In this document: positions 1 to 13,337 of the stretch, piece after piece
How the letters are laid out: each line of letters begins with the position of its first letter
Numbering within the stretch: position 1 is the stretch's first letter
Assembly (NCBI GenBank): GCA_965644295.1
Contig: CBFFRP010000372.1
Coordinates: 1-64,000, forward strand
From: Paraphysomonas bandaiensis
Taxonomy: Eukaryota > Protista > Chrysophyceae
DNA: 64,000 nt
Direction of reading: 5' to 3'
Notes under the pieces: generated by a model
The model's database searches: none
Told to the model about the DNA's origin: nothing
The model's input: the letters and a program-made list of their open reading frames with translations, nothing else
Made by a program: the position numbers and the translations under genes

Positions 1-2032
1 GGGATTTGCAATCTACTATGTGGTCAAGAGACTGGCGTATTATCTAATCGGGAAGGAGTTCTTGTTGGAGACGGATCATAACAACCTGAGATGGATAGAA
101 GCGTCAGAAGTACCCAAGATTATACGATGGAGAATTTACCTGCAGTCATTTGTGTTTAAGGTGAGACATATCCCTGGAAAAGAAAATGTACTGGCCGACA
201 CACTCTCCAGACTCCATCTATGTGTTGCTGAAGAGGACGAACATGAAGATTGTCATACAGTGGAAGGGCTATGCCACCTGTGTAATGAAGATGACGAATT
301 TGAGGAGGAGGAGTTGGAATATGAACAGCGCATGAGTACCTTATGCAATATGTTTGATGAGGAAGAGGTGCTAGGAGAGGAGATCAAACCCACCCCTAAC
401 CATTTGCAGCTCACACCAACGGAGTGTTTAGATCAGGTTCACAATGCCCAAGTCGGACACTGGGGAGAGCGCGAGACCTGGAGGAGACTGAACAGGGAGT
501 TCCCTGGGCATGGCATATCCCAGCAACAAGTTAAGGGCTATATAGACCGATGCGCAAATTGCCAGAAGACCAGGAGGGAGATGAAAACTCGGCTGATCCC
601 TGTGCAGAGACACTTGAAACCTCCATCACACAGGACCGCAATTGGTATAGATGCATTAGCCATTACACCCCACGGCCGCAATGGAGAGACACACATTAAC
701 GTCATTGTGAATTTGTTTACGGAGCTAGCGTTTTTGAACCCAGTGAAAGGATGCTCAGCAAAGACCCTGGCGGATTCAGTCTGGAAGTATTGGGCGAATT
801 TCGGTTTTACTGACATGATCATATCTGATTTGGGACCAGATTTAAATTCAGCGTTATTCAAGGAATTGACCGATCTGGTGGGGGTTCGGCATGTTTTCAG
901 CATTGCGAACAAACATGTCAATGGTTGCGAGCGGGTGAATAAGGAAGTGGGACGACACTTGCGAGCATTGGTATATGACACCAGAGAGAAGGATGTTTTT
1001 GACGACCCAACCTTCATCCCCAGTGTTCAAATTATTCTTAACACACACAGATCAGCAGAGACAAACTATACTCCATTTGAGCTGACTTTTGGGACACCAG
1101 ACTCCATCTATAGTGATCTCGCGAAGAAATTCGAGCGCGTCCCTGAGCACCTATACCTCCAGAAGATGCACGAGAACCTTCACCAGTTGCGCAACGCATC
1201 TAGACAATACCAGGAGACTCTGATCAAGAAGAGAGTGGAGGATCCTAACCAGAGGATGGGTCCCCAGAACAAATTCCAGAAAGGGGATCTGGTCTTGTAC
1301 GACCCAGGAGTGAGACCGGTGCCGAAGCTGTCTACAAAACGCAAGGGACCTTTCGAGGTAGTTCACCAGTACAAGAATGACGTAGACTGCAGAAATGTAT
1401 TAACAGGGGCTATTCACAAATATTCTGTAACTGACCTAGAGTACTTTGTGGGTTCAAAGGAGGATGCCGTGGAAGCTGCCATCCGAGATCAAGAGCAATT
1501 CAGAGTCAAGGTGATTCATGGGTACAAGGGAGATTCCAACCACCGTACTAGCATGACATTCATTGTGGAGTATGCAGATGGGGACATACTGGAAGTACCA
1601 TGGAGTAGAGATCTATTCGATTGTCAGGCATATGAAGATTTCTGTAAATCTAGGAAGTACTTACATCACCTCATCCTGGATCAGAATCAGGTCACTCCTT
1701 TCAAGACTCAGCTCAGGAGGGCAGATGTCACAGCAGTGCAAGTAGGTGATAGAGTGTATGTGGATCTTCGTTTCTTTGGGGATCAGTGGTATCAGAGCTT
1801 GGACCTTCCAGACTTTTCTACGAAATCGTATGTGGTGGTCTTCGAATATACACATTGGTACCACAGGACATCTAAAAAGAAGATTAGCGCTCGTTTTCTG
1901 CTTAATGGTGCTACTTACGCCCTCGATAATTATCTTGTGTTTGCGTGGGGCTCCGTCAAGACCTTCGATGAGACCTACATGGTGCTGGTGGATGCAGACA
2001 TCGCCAAGAGGTATCCCCGCATTGTTGAATAG
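1..2032 (+). mobile_element. pol: Ty3/Gypsy pol, 3' part: RNase H end, integrase, chromodomain-like domain, C-terminal extension (element A; starts before window)
   Basis: Uninterrupted ORF with ETDHNNL..IIRW..HIPGKENVLADTLSR (RNase H end), HNAQVGH..CANC (HHCC), IGID..ISDLG..CERVN (DDE), KGPFEV, then FRVKVIHGYKG..FIVEY (chromo-like). Confidence 0.95.
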
Positions 2033-2040
2033 CATAACAG

Positions 2041-2059
2041 AGAGAGGGGGAGGGGGCAG
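2041..2059 (+). other. Polypurine tract of element A
   Basis: AGAGAGGGGGAGGGGGCAG between pol stop and TGTAAC. Confidence 0.8.
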
Positions 2060-3012
2060 TGTAACGCCGAGGCGTCAAACTAATCACATACCACAAGACC
2101 AGTGAGGTTAATAAGCTACAAGGGGAGCTCTAGTGGACTATGTGTGTATGTACAGCCTGCATCTTATCTTCGGATGAAGACACACTTCACTCTCGGATTA
2201 CAAGTGCTGCTGTTTTTGCTATATGAGCAATGGAGAGATCTGATTGGTGTACTCGGGTTATACTGTTTTGTATACTGTATGGAATACAGGCTGTATTGTC
2301 TATATGTATATGCTGTATAACGGTGCTGGAATACGGACTGTACTTGGTGGTGATGTGTTTGCAGAGTGTGTTGTGTGACACGAGGTACATAAGTACGCAA
2401 TGGTGCAGCTATAAGTACATGTAGGGACTATCACTATACAGCTGCTGTATTATGTATTACTGCTGAACGCTGATTGGCTAGTCACTGCATTTTTGGTCTG
2501 TGGCTGTTGAGTTGGTTTAAGGTTCTTCCTATAGGCCTCTACGTGAATCTTCCAGAAGGTGGATATCTCCACAAAATTGGCGAAATGTTGCTGAATTTTC
2601 TGCAAAATATTGTTCTTTGTTCTCTGCTGTGTTTCTAGATAGTTCATAGAATGTAAATGGTTCTGTATGAGTTGTTTGTGTTCTATGTGCTGTCATTATT
2701 ATGTTACTAGCCTTGCCTATTAACACGTTTGAGGAGGTGTCTTCAGATAAGTGCTTGAGGGTGCTCAGGCAGTTGCAGGGCATAGTAATAAGCATATTTA
2801 TCTCTACATTAGCTATCTTCTGTTACATTCGCACATTCATTTCATATACATAGCTGCACCCGGTGTGATACCCCGGGTTTGGTCAAACCGAGGGCTCAGA
2901 GAGGAGTCTCGTCCTTCCTTCCTCTTGCTGTGTGCTCATCTCTGTGTTTCTCATCTGATGGATATGAGTGCTCTCTATTCCCTCTTGTTAGGCCTAATAT
3001 AGGGTTATGACA
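2060..3012 (+). repeat. Putative 3' LTR of element A
   Basis: Starts TGTAAC right after the PPT. End placed at GGGTTATGACA; partner LTR is not in the window so the end is uncertain. Confidence 0.6.
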
Positions 3013-3224
3013 TATGCATATGGTCACATGAACTTACGCTGATCTCGTGTGTTGTTATTATTGTGGGGGTGAGAGCATCGTATGAGGGGTGTGGATGATG
3101 CGTGTGTGATGCTTGTCTTAAGAGGGATGCATCATGATCACTTCACTATCAAAATCATAAAATAATGAAAAAAAGTCAAAAAAAGTATTTTTGAAAAAAA
3201 AACTGAAATCTGTCGTTTATTTCG

Positions 3225-6200
3225 AATCCTCCCTGTAAATAAAACGAGAAAATCCATAGTAGATCTCTTTTCAGGATCTCCCCGATAAGCCACAATCTTT
3301 CGCACTTCATACTGGTTATAGTCTACTAAAGCAATGCGAAATGCCTCATCATGAGTACCAAAAAATGGTTTAAGCCAAGACATATGAAAGACTACCTCAA
3401 ATCGCATTACAATATGTGTACAGGTGATATCTGCTTTGTACGTAGAGACAACCTCGTATGGACCCTTAAATCTAGGATATAGTTTTGACGGTTTAAATTT
3501 CGAAGAATTTGGTTGGAATAAACGAGCTGTCCGGGTTGATATTCCGTTAGGGTCTCCGGAGGTGTTTTGGATTTTCTCTTTGCTTTGATCTTGCGTTGAA
3601 CATCACATGCAATATCACGTACAGTTCTCAAATTCTGATTTATAAGAGATAAATACTCCGTAGTATCAACCGAATCTGACACAGCATCTGACAATTTGAA
3701 ATAAGGTTTGTCTATTGTACCAAATGTAAACTCAAAAGTAAGGTGACAATCCCGTTTCGCTACTTATTTCATCATTCAGTATGAACTGGATTACCATATA
3801 GCACTCCGGCTCTCCCCAGCAATCTTGCAACCTTTCATCATGTACAAGAGCACTTAGAAATCGTAATGTCTCCCTATGGGTTCTCTCCACCATCATGTTG
3901 GACTCATGTCTATCTGTCAAAGACATTCGAAAACGCACACCAAACCATTTCAACAATAACTGAACAACCTCCGCTGTAATATTCGAACCTGGGTCTGAAA
4001 TTAACACTTCCGATATTCCGTACGTCACGAAATAAGAAAACAACGCTCGCGCTACTCCAACTGCCGTGTAATCGGTTGCTGGATACAGACCAACCAAACG
4101 CGATGGCAATTGCTTTACAACATGAATGCAACAATGCCCTTTCTTGTCAGGAGGAGACACAGAGAGTGTGTCAAATCCTACGTAATGATGTCTACAATGC
4201 TCGGAGTCTAAAGCTCTGATAGGTGCCTGCAAGGAAGCACTCATTCCCGCATTAAACTTCTGACAAATGGGACACCTATCTATGAAATCTTGTATAACCT
4301 CCGTGTGGTTAACTTGTGACCTGGAAATACCTTACTCAGCTTTAACCATGTTCGTTTTTAACTCCATGGTGACCTATCCGACCATTGTGTAGTAAGTCGA
4401 ACGCCTCTTTGGGTGAACTAGGTTTTATACCTTGAGCCGCTAGTTCATCTAAAGCTGCAAGTATCTCAGCTGGAAACGCTGAATAACAAGCTACATCGTC
4501 GGTTTCTGAACTCCATTCCCCTATACTTGGTTAAGCTCAATAAGCTGATCATCTGGTAGGAAGTCCGTATTTTCAAACATGACTACTTCACCACATGCGA
4601 CACTTTCTTCTGGAAAACATTCCATACAAACAGACAATAACATAACATGAGCCACAGCCGATTCCTGATCCTTACGAGATAACCAATCAGCAAATCTATT
4701 TAACTTTCCCTTGAAATGAAGCAAGTCGAAATTGAAATTCTGTATAAACATCCGCATGCGTACTATTCTGTCAACAACCGAAACTTCCATCCATTTAAGA
4801 TTGGCGTGATCCGTCATGATCGTGAACTTTTTACCTCTCAAATAATACGACAAGGCATATACACAAAAGAATATCCAAAACACTCCTTGTCAATAGTGGA
4901 CCACTTCAATGTTGGTTCCGAAAATTTCTTCGACACCATTGCAATTACTTGATAGAATTCTTGACCATTGGCGTCAATGAAAATAGATTAAACCATAGTC
5001 TGCAACCATACTGAAAAAAACTGAAAAAAAACTGAAAATAACGTCGATTTTCATACATAAAATAACTGTCATAAAATCAGTCGAAATCATAGTGTGTGAA
5101 CCACACTTCACACTTCACATCACAGTGTTGAGTCAGCGAATTGCAGGTCAAATTAATGTGCTGGTAAGTTCATTGTATTCCCCATTCACTCATAGTTTGA
5201 CATGGCATTTTGAAAGCGCAAATCAGGCTCTCTTTGCAACAATGAAGATGACGCGACATGAAGCTCAGAGCGTGCTCAGGAAATAGAGATCACTGGGCGC
5301 TGGAGACCAATTCATTTGGCCAATGAGTCATACCATCTGCCTCAAACGGTTGATGCAGATCGATACCCTACGTTTAATTTGCGCACTGTCAGCTTCCTCA
5401 AGATATTCTTGCGTTTTGTTACAGTATCTCTTGTGACGAAAATAGCCCAGGATATTGACCCTGCCGACTTGAGATAGGACTGTGGAGCAGTAATTTTGCT
5501 TTCATTGCGTTCTATATATAAGCCTCTTGCAATTTGGATTCGAATTTATGGAGAACAACATGCCCCAAATGGTGTAATACGTCATTCGCGACCTTTGCGT
5601 GAGCAACTTATATGGTACTGAGACCACTTTAGGGATTGCTATCCAAGGATTGATTCTGTTGGCATACGATTCATGGAAATTGTGACAACAAAATTTTTAT
5701 TTGACAGTTGACTCGTATTATCTTGATGAAGCTGCAAGAGAAGGGCTTGCAAGGAAGAAAGTAAGATATTGGAGCTTAGAACCCACAGCGCTTCCAAGCA
5801 CTCACTCGTGAAGTTCGTGAAGGTGTCAATAAGCGAGGACAGTGGAATGGAGTGTGGAATCAACAGCGTAAAGAACTCCTAGTTCATTCTTATACCAAGG
5901 ATGGCAAGAAATAAACCGCCTTGTTCAATGCTTATCATAGATCACCTACGAAGTCTACCACCAATTCTGTGCCTGTGTGCTCCGACTACGGTAAGATGTT
6001 TGCAGCATGTGATGTATTCAATTCGCGGATTAAAGAGAGGATATGGCCTCATCGGCATGGTAGTGGAGGGCATCTAGGCGAAAGAGGAAAGTGTAGCTCG
6101 TTTGCGTTCGGCTGTTGTTCGCAAAATACATTCCATGCGTATTGTAGTATTTGTTCGATAGATACAAATAGTATCGATTATTATAGTTCTGTAACTCGTT

Positions 6201-9200
6201 AGCTAGTGAATTGTACACACATGCTGATACTCTATCTAAGGAAACTATAGTATAGAGGGGTACCGTGATTGGTTTGCTCAGTGTTGTAATAATTCCACTT
6301 TATATCATTGGTTACAGACTATGGTTACAGACTATGGTTTAGTCTAAAATTTGTAACAACACACTTCTCCACATGCATAAAACGAAGCATCTGTCATCAA
6401 GATCCATCTTAAAGAGTAGTCAGGATGATACAGAGTAAGAGATTTTAAAATCGCCTCTTTAAATCTACTAAATTCCTTCCTGTAATTTACTTTCCAACAA
6501 TTCTCATTCAAGTCAAAATTCTTCTTCGTCATGTCATGTAATTTATGAGTAAGGTCACTATATAACGGAATAAAAGGTTTAAAATATATTGCCGCTCCAA
6601 GAAATCTCTGCATTTGTTTCGTCTTATTTTTCCCTTCTGGAAATTCAATTGCAGTTACTGATAATTTTCGGGCCTAAGTTAATTGGTAAGTGTTGTCCTT
6701 GCAAAGATATAGCCGAAAAATTCCACTGATGAATAGCCAAATTTGCTTTTCGACAATTTCAACACGACATTATAATAAGTACATTTTTTAATGACCTTCT
6801 TGAATTTCTCAACAGCATCCTGATAATCATACGCTAACACCAGTAAGTTGTCAAATATCACTACCATCCACTCTGAGAATTCATTGAAACTACATGCATC
6901 AAAACTACACTTGCCGGAGAAACTCCCTCTGGCATAAACTTTGGTTCGAACTGGCCCCATGGAGTTTGAACTGACAACAGTGCTGAAACTGATTCATGAA
7001 GTCTAATACCATGGAAAGCATTGCATATATCTAAATCAATGAACACCTTATACCCAGCTGCTTTATGTAATTCTTTTATAACATCTGGTATGGGATAATG
7101 CGGACTTTCAATCTCTAAATTAACACGCCTGTAATCACCACATATTCGAATAGAAGGTTTCGTAGCCTTGGGTGCTACTACTATTGGAGATGCATAAGGA
7201 CTTGTACTGGGACGATAAAAGTATCCGCACATCCTATTGAACTCCTCCTTAGTACGTTCATATAACATATAGGTGGTATCCTTCTCATATTCTTGGGTTT
7301 AATTCTATCAGGAATAGTACTTTTCACCTTTAATTTTAACTCAGGAACATGCTGAATTCCAGTCCATTCTCTAGGAACAAAAACATCAACTGCATCCTCT
7401 CTCAAAACTCTCAATATATCAGTTTGTTGAGCGAAATCAGGATGTACTTTTGATTCTAGTTCACTAAAATATTTCTCCCTATAGCCTCATCCACTGACTG
7501 TTCCAAAAAAGTCACTAAACTTCCAAAACTACATGGTTCGGGAATCATATCATCTTCCTCTGACTGTTCTGGAATTGGATTTTCCTAAGGATCACACACT
7601 GGTCCTGGCGACATATATCTCCTAAAAATTCGTCAATGTCTTCACTGATATTGCCAAGAACTTCTATCTCATTTAAATTAACTGATATTGCTCCGCACTC
7701 AGTGATGCTTTCTTAATCATATTCTTAAATAACTCGGAAAAATGCTCACAGATTGCCGGTAATCCTATAATAATATCCTTTGCCAAACCGTCCAAAACAT
7801 ACAATGAAAGTTGTGCTTTATAGGTCTTACCCTCATCTTCAAAAGCAATTGTAACAGGAATATATCCTTTAAGTTCAATCTGATGTCCGTCTGCTACTTT
7901 AACCTTCAACTTTTTATGTACCATATCCTTTAACAATTTGTCCCCACACTTCTTAACAAAATTAGATGAAATAAAATTATCCGAAGATGATCCGGAATCA
8001 AAAAAAACCATTTCCACATTAATCTTATCACCACAATTATTTATTATCATTCCTTGCCTATGTACAGCATTGCGAAATCTGCTGGAAGTATCATTATAAT
8101 CTCGCATAGCCGCTATTAGTGATTGTGCTCAAAGGTCATCCAAAGGATTGTCATCATCCCCTTCTTGTTGATCCTCTTCAACATCAGGTTGATCTCTGGT
8201 AAGAATACGTACATCACCAGGACGCTTTCTATCCCCAGGATATCTTTTCAATTGAGCTGGAGAATTACTGTATCGACGTTGAGGTGGTGCATTAATACTT
8301 GGTTTGGGCATTACTATTAACCCCACTCTTTCAGCCATCTTCTTAAGAGCTTCAGTCAAAACAGCTTTATCATGTGAAAATTTACATGACTTATCTTTGC
8401 ACCCACCATCTTGCGTCAATTCTCTAAAACATGGGGAAGATTTCAATACCTCAGCCGCATACAAATCTTCTTCATGTTTCAGTACGTCGTTTTGCTCCTC
8501 ATCACTCACAGATTCTGAGTCAGAAACTTGTTGCTCAATTTGGTGTAGTCGCTTATCTACCGCAGACGATTTTGTTCGAAAATTAAAACGACTTCTGAAT
8601 TGATTATATTTTAACGACAAATCCCTAGTAATCTTCAACTGCTTAAAGAATTCTTTCAGAAAAGCTTTTACTGAAGAAAAATTTTCCGACCTCATAAGTC
8701 TCTTAGTAGTATCTCTCATACACGCTGGAATAAGACTCATCCACTGTTCCAACGAACCACCTCTCTTATAGTCGTTACTAAAGGTATACTCTCATCAAGT
8801 TTGTTCATCTTAGCAGCCTCCTCCAAGAAATCATACCGCTGATTGAACTTCGTTTCCAAAATACAAAGATCCTCATCAACTCGACGAAAATCCTCCAACT
8901 TGTCCATTGTTACTCTGTACGGCAAACACGATTCAAGCAACATCGAATTAAAATCCATCATATCCAAAGGTCTGAACTGATACTTCGCTGCCTCAATAAC
9001 TCGCGTTACACTTGCATCTATATGCATTCCAGAGGTTCAGTATAATCATCAGGATATAATTCCATCAACGTAAACCTAATCATTTCCTTAGCCCTGCCTT
9101 CCAACAATGTAAACACAGAAGGAATTGGTCCATTATCACGACATTTCTCAAACTCAGCAATTCGTTCCAAGAAAACCAAAAACCCATCTAAAGTAATTTC

Positions 9201-9690
9201 CGACAACCTTATCTCCAAGTATGAATCGACTTCTTTGGTCAACGTAACTTTAGCCTTCGGTTGACGATCAATTTCACGAAGTGCTTCCTGAATAGTCTGA
9301 CGTTTAGGTCTGACAGGTGGTCGCTCCTCTTCACTCCTGAGAGCTTGAGTAGCATTCAATACACCCTCACGCACAGCATTCTCTATACGCGTATGCAACA
9401 ACTCAGGGTCAATATACTGCTGCTCACGTCGCTCAATAGTTGCGGCTACAGGCTGTTCACCATTCCCATGACCATCTGATTTAGACTCTTCAAACGGTAT
9501 CTCCGAAAGCTGATCAACTTGTATAATTTCTGAATTAGCTCTCGATGACCTTCCAGATCTCCTCTGATTGATCTCCTCAAGACTCCGTTGAATATGTTCA
9601 TTGAACGCCTGTTGCTGATGAAAACATTGCTCCATATACTGCATCAGATATATATATAACCACAATGTGTGTGTACCCTGATTTCGAAAC
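3225..9690 (-). mobile_element. Decayed Ty3/Gypsy element B (gag-protease-RT-RNase H-integrase-chromodomain), multiple frameshifts
   Basis: Ordered minus-strand fragments: gag (~9640-8129), FFDSGSS protease (8107-7673), RT SPYASPIVV..ICGDYR..IFDNLLV (7414-6679), LMTDAS/MTDHANL RNase H, ISDPGS..VERTHRE integrase (4244-3732), YEVRKIVAYRG..FLVLF chromodomain (3407-3225). Confidence 0.92.
4985..6345 (+). mobile_element. Non-autonomous TIR DNA transposon with piggyBac-like transposase remnant, nested in element B RNase H
   Basis: TIRs AGA(T/C)TAAACCATAGTCTG(C/T)AACCATA; flanking duplication AAAAT (4980-4984, 6346-6350); excision restores VLLQIFIDANGQEFYQVIAMVSKKFSE. Remnant PVCSDYGKMFAACDVFNSRI..W..QNTFHAY at 5921-6202. 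Confidence 0.8.
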
Positions 9691-10668
9691 TCTGGTGTAA
9701 TAGCAACCGCGTCAATTCCCAATGCACTCCTGGAATGAGGTAGTTTTAAATGTCTTGTGATAGGAATCAATCGCTGCTTCAGCTCCCTCCGGTTCTTCTG
9801 ACACTCCACGAAATCTGCAACCACCTTGAATGGCACACCGTGTCCCGGAAATTGCTTACACAGACGTTTCCACGTCTCCTTCGCACCCCAATGCCCTACC
9901 TGCGCGTTGTGAACCTCCTTGATAGCCTGATAATAATCTATCCTCTGCTCCTCCGTAGGTGGCGCAATCTCCTGCACTTCGTCCCCAAAATCGTCGTTTT
10001 CGAAGATGTTATGCAGTGTAACAAAATTTACTTCATCTGAATTCTCATCGTCGTCCTTGTCCGTCATTCCCGATATATATAGCAATCGCGATAAACAATC
10101 TGCCACGACATTGTTCTTTCCCGGTATATTATGTCTATAATAATCAAAAAAAGTCGAAATTCTGCAGGTATATTCTCCACCGGATAACCTTTGCTACCTC
10201 AGATGCTTCGATCCATACCAAGTTGTTGTGGTCCGTTTCGATAGTAAATCTCTTTCCCCTGAGATAGAACGAGAACTTCTTGACTGAATAAAATATTCCA
10301 AAAGCCTCCTTCTCAATAGTACACCATCTTTGAGCCTGTACTGAGAATTTCTTTGAACACAATATGCTATAGTGTTTGCTGCTGAGCTGTAACAGTTTTT
10401 CTGTTGCCGGGACCGTCTGAAAAAGAATACCAGCCACTCCATAATCACTGGCGTCAGTACGTAGAGTCCATTCCATGTTGTAGTCCGGGTAAAATAAAGA
10501 ACATGACCGCTGCAATCCCCGTTTGTACTCTTCGAACTCCAGTCTGTAATCGAACTCCCACGTGGAGTCGTCCCAGTTAAAAGTACTCTTCGTCATATCC
10601 GTTAGATGTTTAACCAAATCGGAATAACTAGGCACGAAAGGAGCAAAGAACACTCCCATACCCAATAA
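9690..10668 (-). mobile_element. Fragment of Gypsy element C (same lineage as A): RT end, RNase H, integrase N-terminus
   Basis: LRTDASDYG, ETDHNNLVWIEASEVAKVIRWRIYLQ and HNAQVGHWG closely match element A; truncated at AVAITPE where it abuts the gag of B. Confidence 0.9.
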
Positions 10669-12158
10669 GGTACAGACTTTCTAGTATTTATTTGTTCCCA
10701 TTCTACGTACTTCACTGGTACCTTCATACCCTCTTCCATGAGCCTCTCCTCTGCTTGACTTCTCCGATACCCGCACATCCAGCACTCCGTAGCATACTTC
10801 GGAACAGATCCTGCTTTCATCACTGCGGGACAACTCCAACATTTACGATCCAACCCGAGAGTCTCTGTCCGAATATTTCCCCTTACTTCTATTACCGGCT
10901 GGTTCCTCTCCTTTTTATGTCTCTGGCGGACCCACACCCGCGATGGTATCTCTGATGGTCTACGCCTCCACTCTCTAATATAATCCTCCCTCGTTGCCTC
11001 ACCCCTTGGCGCACCCTCCCATTCCACTACTGTATGGTCTTCTTTATACCACACTCCTGCTCTTCTATTTCTATTAAGGGCTGTCCCTTCTTGGCCAGCC
11101 ATACTGAATCTACTCTCGTCCTCACGAGCATAGTCTGATTTCTCAAATGGGAATGGTTCCCCTGATGTTCTACGCTTTTCCACTCTCTAATATAATCCCC
11201 CTCGCTGCCTCCAATCCTTGCCAATCCTCCCGTTCCATTGTATGGTCCTCTTGGGGCCACACTCCTACTCCTCTGCTGTAGTCTGTCCCTTGGCCAGCCA
11301 TACTGAATCTACTCCCGTCACCACGAGTGTAAACTGGTTCCTCAAATGAGACCGTCCCTTGGCCGGCCCCGGTATCCCACCATGCATCCGAGAATGATGA
11401 TTCGTGTGCACCTTCCACACCATCCTCCCATAGTCCTGGCTCATGCGCCTTCCCCTGTTGGGATCGTTGCCATGAATTTTTGCTGCCCCCACTTCCTCGT
11501 GATTGATCAATTCCACTGGGTCGCTGAGGCAGCCCACGTTGTCCACCACATGAAACGACTGGGGTTGTGGGGATAATGGGCATTGGACTATGTCTTGACA
11601 CATCATGCATATACCTTGTTGTCATGTCTGCAGATGTCTTCTTACTACGTGCTATGACGTCTGATCTTATAGAGTGTGTAGCGGGTACTGTTCAACCACA
11701 CATCTAGTAGGCCCTGATAATTAATACTTATTATATGACTTCATTCCTAGAAGAAGAAGTGACTTAACATATAGCAATCTTGCACTTACAAGCTGGCTCT
11801 ACACTCATTAGCATCATCATATCATACTCATCATATTCTCTAACCGCTCAGACGGTCCCATACATGCACTACAATCCCGCCCTACGTACTTACATACGTA
11901 CCATGCCTACTGCAAGGCACGTACTTATGCACATGTACCACACGAGATGTAGTCGTATACACAGGTACCCCACCGTATACCTCTCAGTCTAACCTTCTCC
12001 TTAACCATATATTATGGGGTCTAAACGACAACAATAGCATATCTTTCATTATTCTACCTACAACTCACATTTTCCAGTCAAATGACGCATATATCAGAAT
12101 CGTCATACCTCAGTAATAACTGAATTTAATTCCTTTGTATCTATAATCACCCGTTACA
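10669..12158 (-). mobile_element. Possible 5' LTR plus frameshifted ORF1 of element C
   Basis: Minus strand starts TGTAAC at 12158 and shares short words with LTR A (GT(A/G)CATAAGTACG). Followed by ORF pieces 11625-10680 with a duplicated ~190-nt module and a CWSC..CWMC motif. Confidence 0.4.
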
Positions 12159-12424
12159 CCTATGAGTTGACTTCACCTATTGCACATACATTATTAACTC
12201 ACTTCAATTAATCGCACAATATATATCACATCATATTGCAGAACTCAACAAGTAGTACTGTAGAATACATTAAATACAATGTGAAAAACAGTAATACGTA
12301 GTCAAGGATTCTATATATAGCTATAACTGTAAAACTGAAGTATGGTATCATGATACAAAAAGTATTAAAAAGACACGGAAGTTCAGCAGTGGTTGACATG
12401 ATCGAAATAAATTATAATGTTGTT

Positions 12425-12581
12425 AACATGTTTTACTTATTAGTGTTCCTTGTATCACACAAGCATTCGGGTATGGGTGGGCAGAACAATATCTGCGGCT
12501 CACTTTAGTTTCCTGGAGAAATAGCTCCCGTACTTCTTCCCAGAACACAACGAAAAGGTGCGAGTCTGTCTTTGTTGAGGG
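12425..12581 (-). repeat. Partial head (R) of the non-autonomous retroelement family
   Basis: Reverse complement reads CCCTCAACAAAGACAGACTCGCACCTTTTCGTTGTGTTCTGGG..., matching 21981. Confidence 0.85.
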
Positions 12582-12591
12582 TACCAGGCCC

Positions 12592-13337
12592 CAGGGCTGC
12601 GTAACAATTAATTGCAATTTAATAGCAAATGTTTTTTTGTAATTAAATTGCGATTATTAGTTATAGCTCGCACTATTATAATTGCAATTATTGCAATTAA
12701 TTGCAATTTAATTGTGCCAATTATTGTCTAATTAACTAAGTTACTTATTGCAAACACGTGTAGCATCTTCAACCGTATGATGATAATAATATAATTGACG
12801 GAGTATGATATTTACATGATCAAAACTCTAAATATCCAGGTTTTCGTCTGCAAAAAACAGTAAAAAGCCCTGATAATCCATGTCCCATACCGTTACACAT
12901 CCAGTTCGTAGTGAACTTCAATCCTGCAGTGTCCTGTAAGGCATCCAGGATCGGAAAAACATGATTGCCACACTACATATAGATATATATCTTCAACTAG
13001 AGGGGTATTGAGCATTACAAATACACTATGGATCGAGCTGAACTAAGTTTTGTAGCTCAAAATCAAGAGGAAAGACACATAATCGACCGTTCAAAAACGT
13101 TATAATGAGAGGCTAACCTTCCCACTATTGTAATAGCCATTAGGGGCAATAAATGGCCATCGTCCTTAATGTTTTGCAACTTCTAATTCTAATATTATGT
13201 GCTCTTATACTATATAGTTAATAATTGCCAATTAATTGCAATTTAATTGCAGCCTTACAGCGATTAATTATAATTGCAATTATTACGTATGTTCCATGCA
13301 ATTTAATTGCAATTCAATTAATTGTTACGCAGCCCTG
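12592..13337. mobile_element. hAT-type MITE (746 bp)
   Basis: TIR CAGGGCTGCGTAACAATTAATTG; 8-bp TSD CCAGGCCC (12584-12591, 13338-13345); subterminal AATTGCAAT repeats; non-coding. Confidence 0.93.

Noticed and set aside
9018-10106. 362-aa ORF as a novel integrase-gag fusion protein
   Set aside because: Chance in-frame junction near 9690 between truncated element C and element B; both sides are decayed.
12600-13330. AATTGCAAT arrays as CRISPR or satellite
   Set aside because: Irregular subterminal repeats of the hAT MITE; no repeat-spacer periodicity, no cas genes, eukaryotic context.
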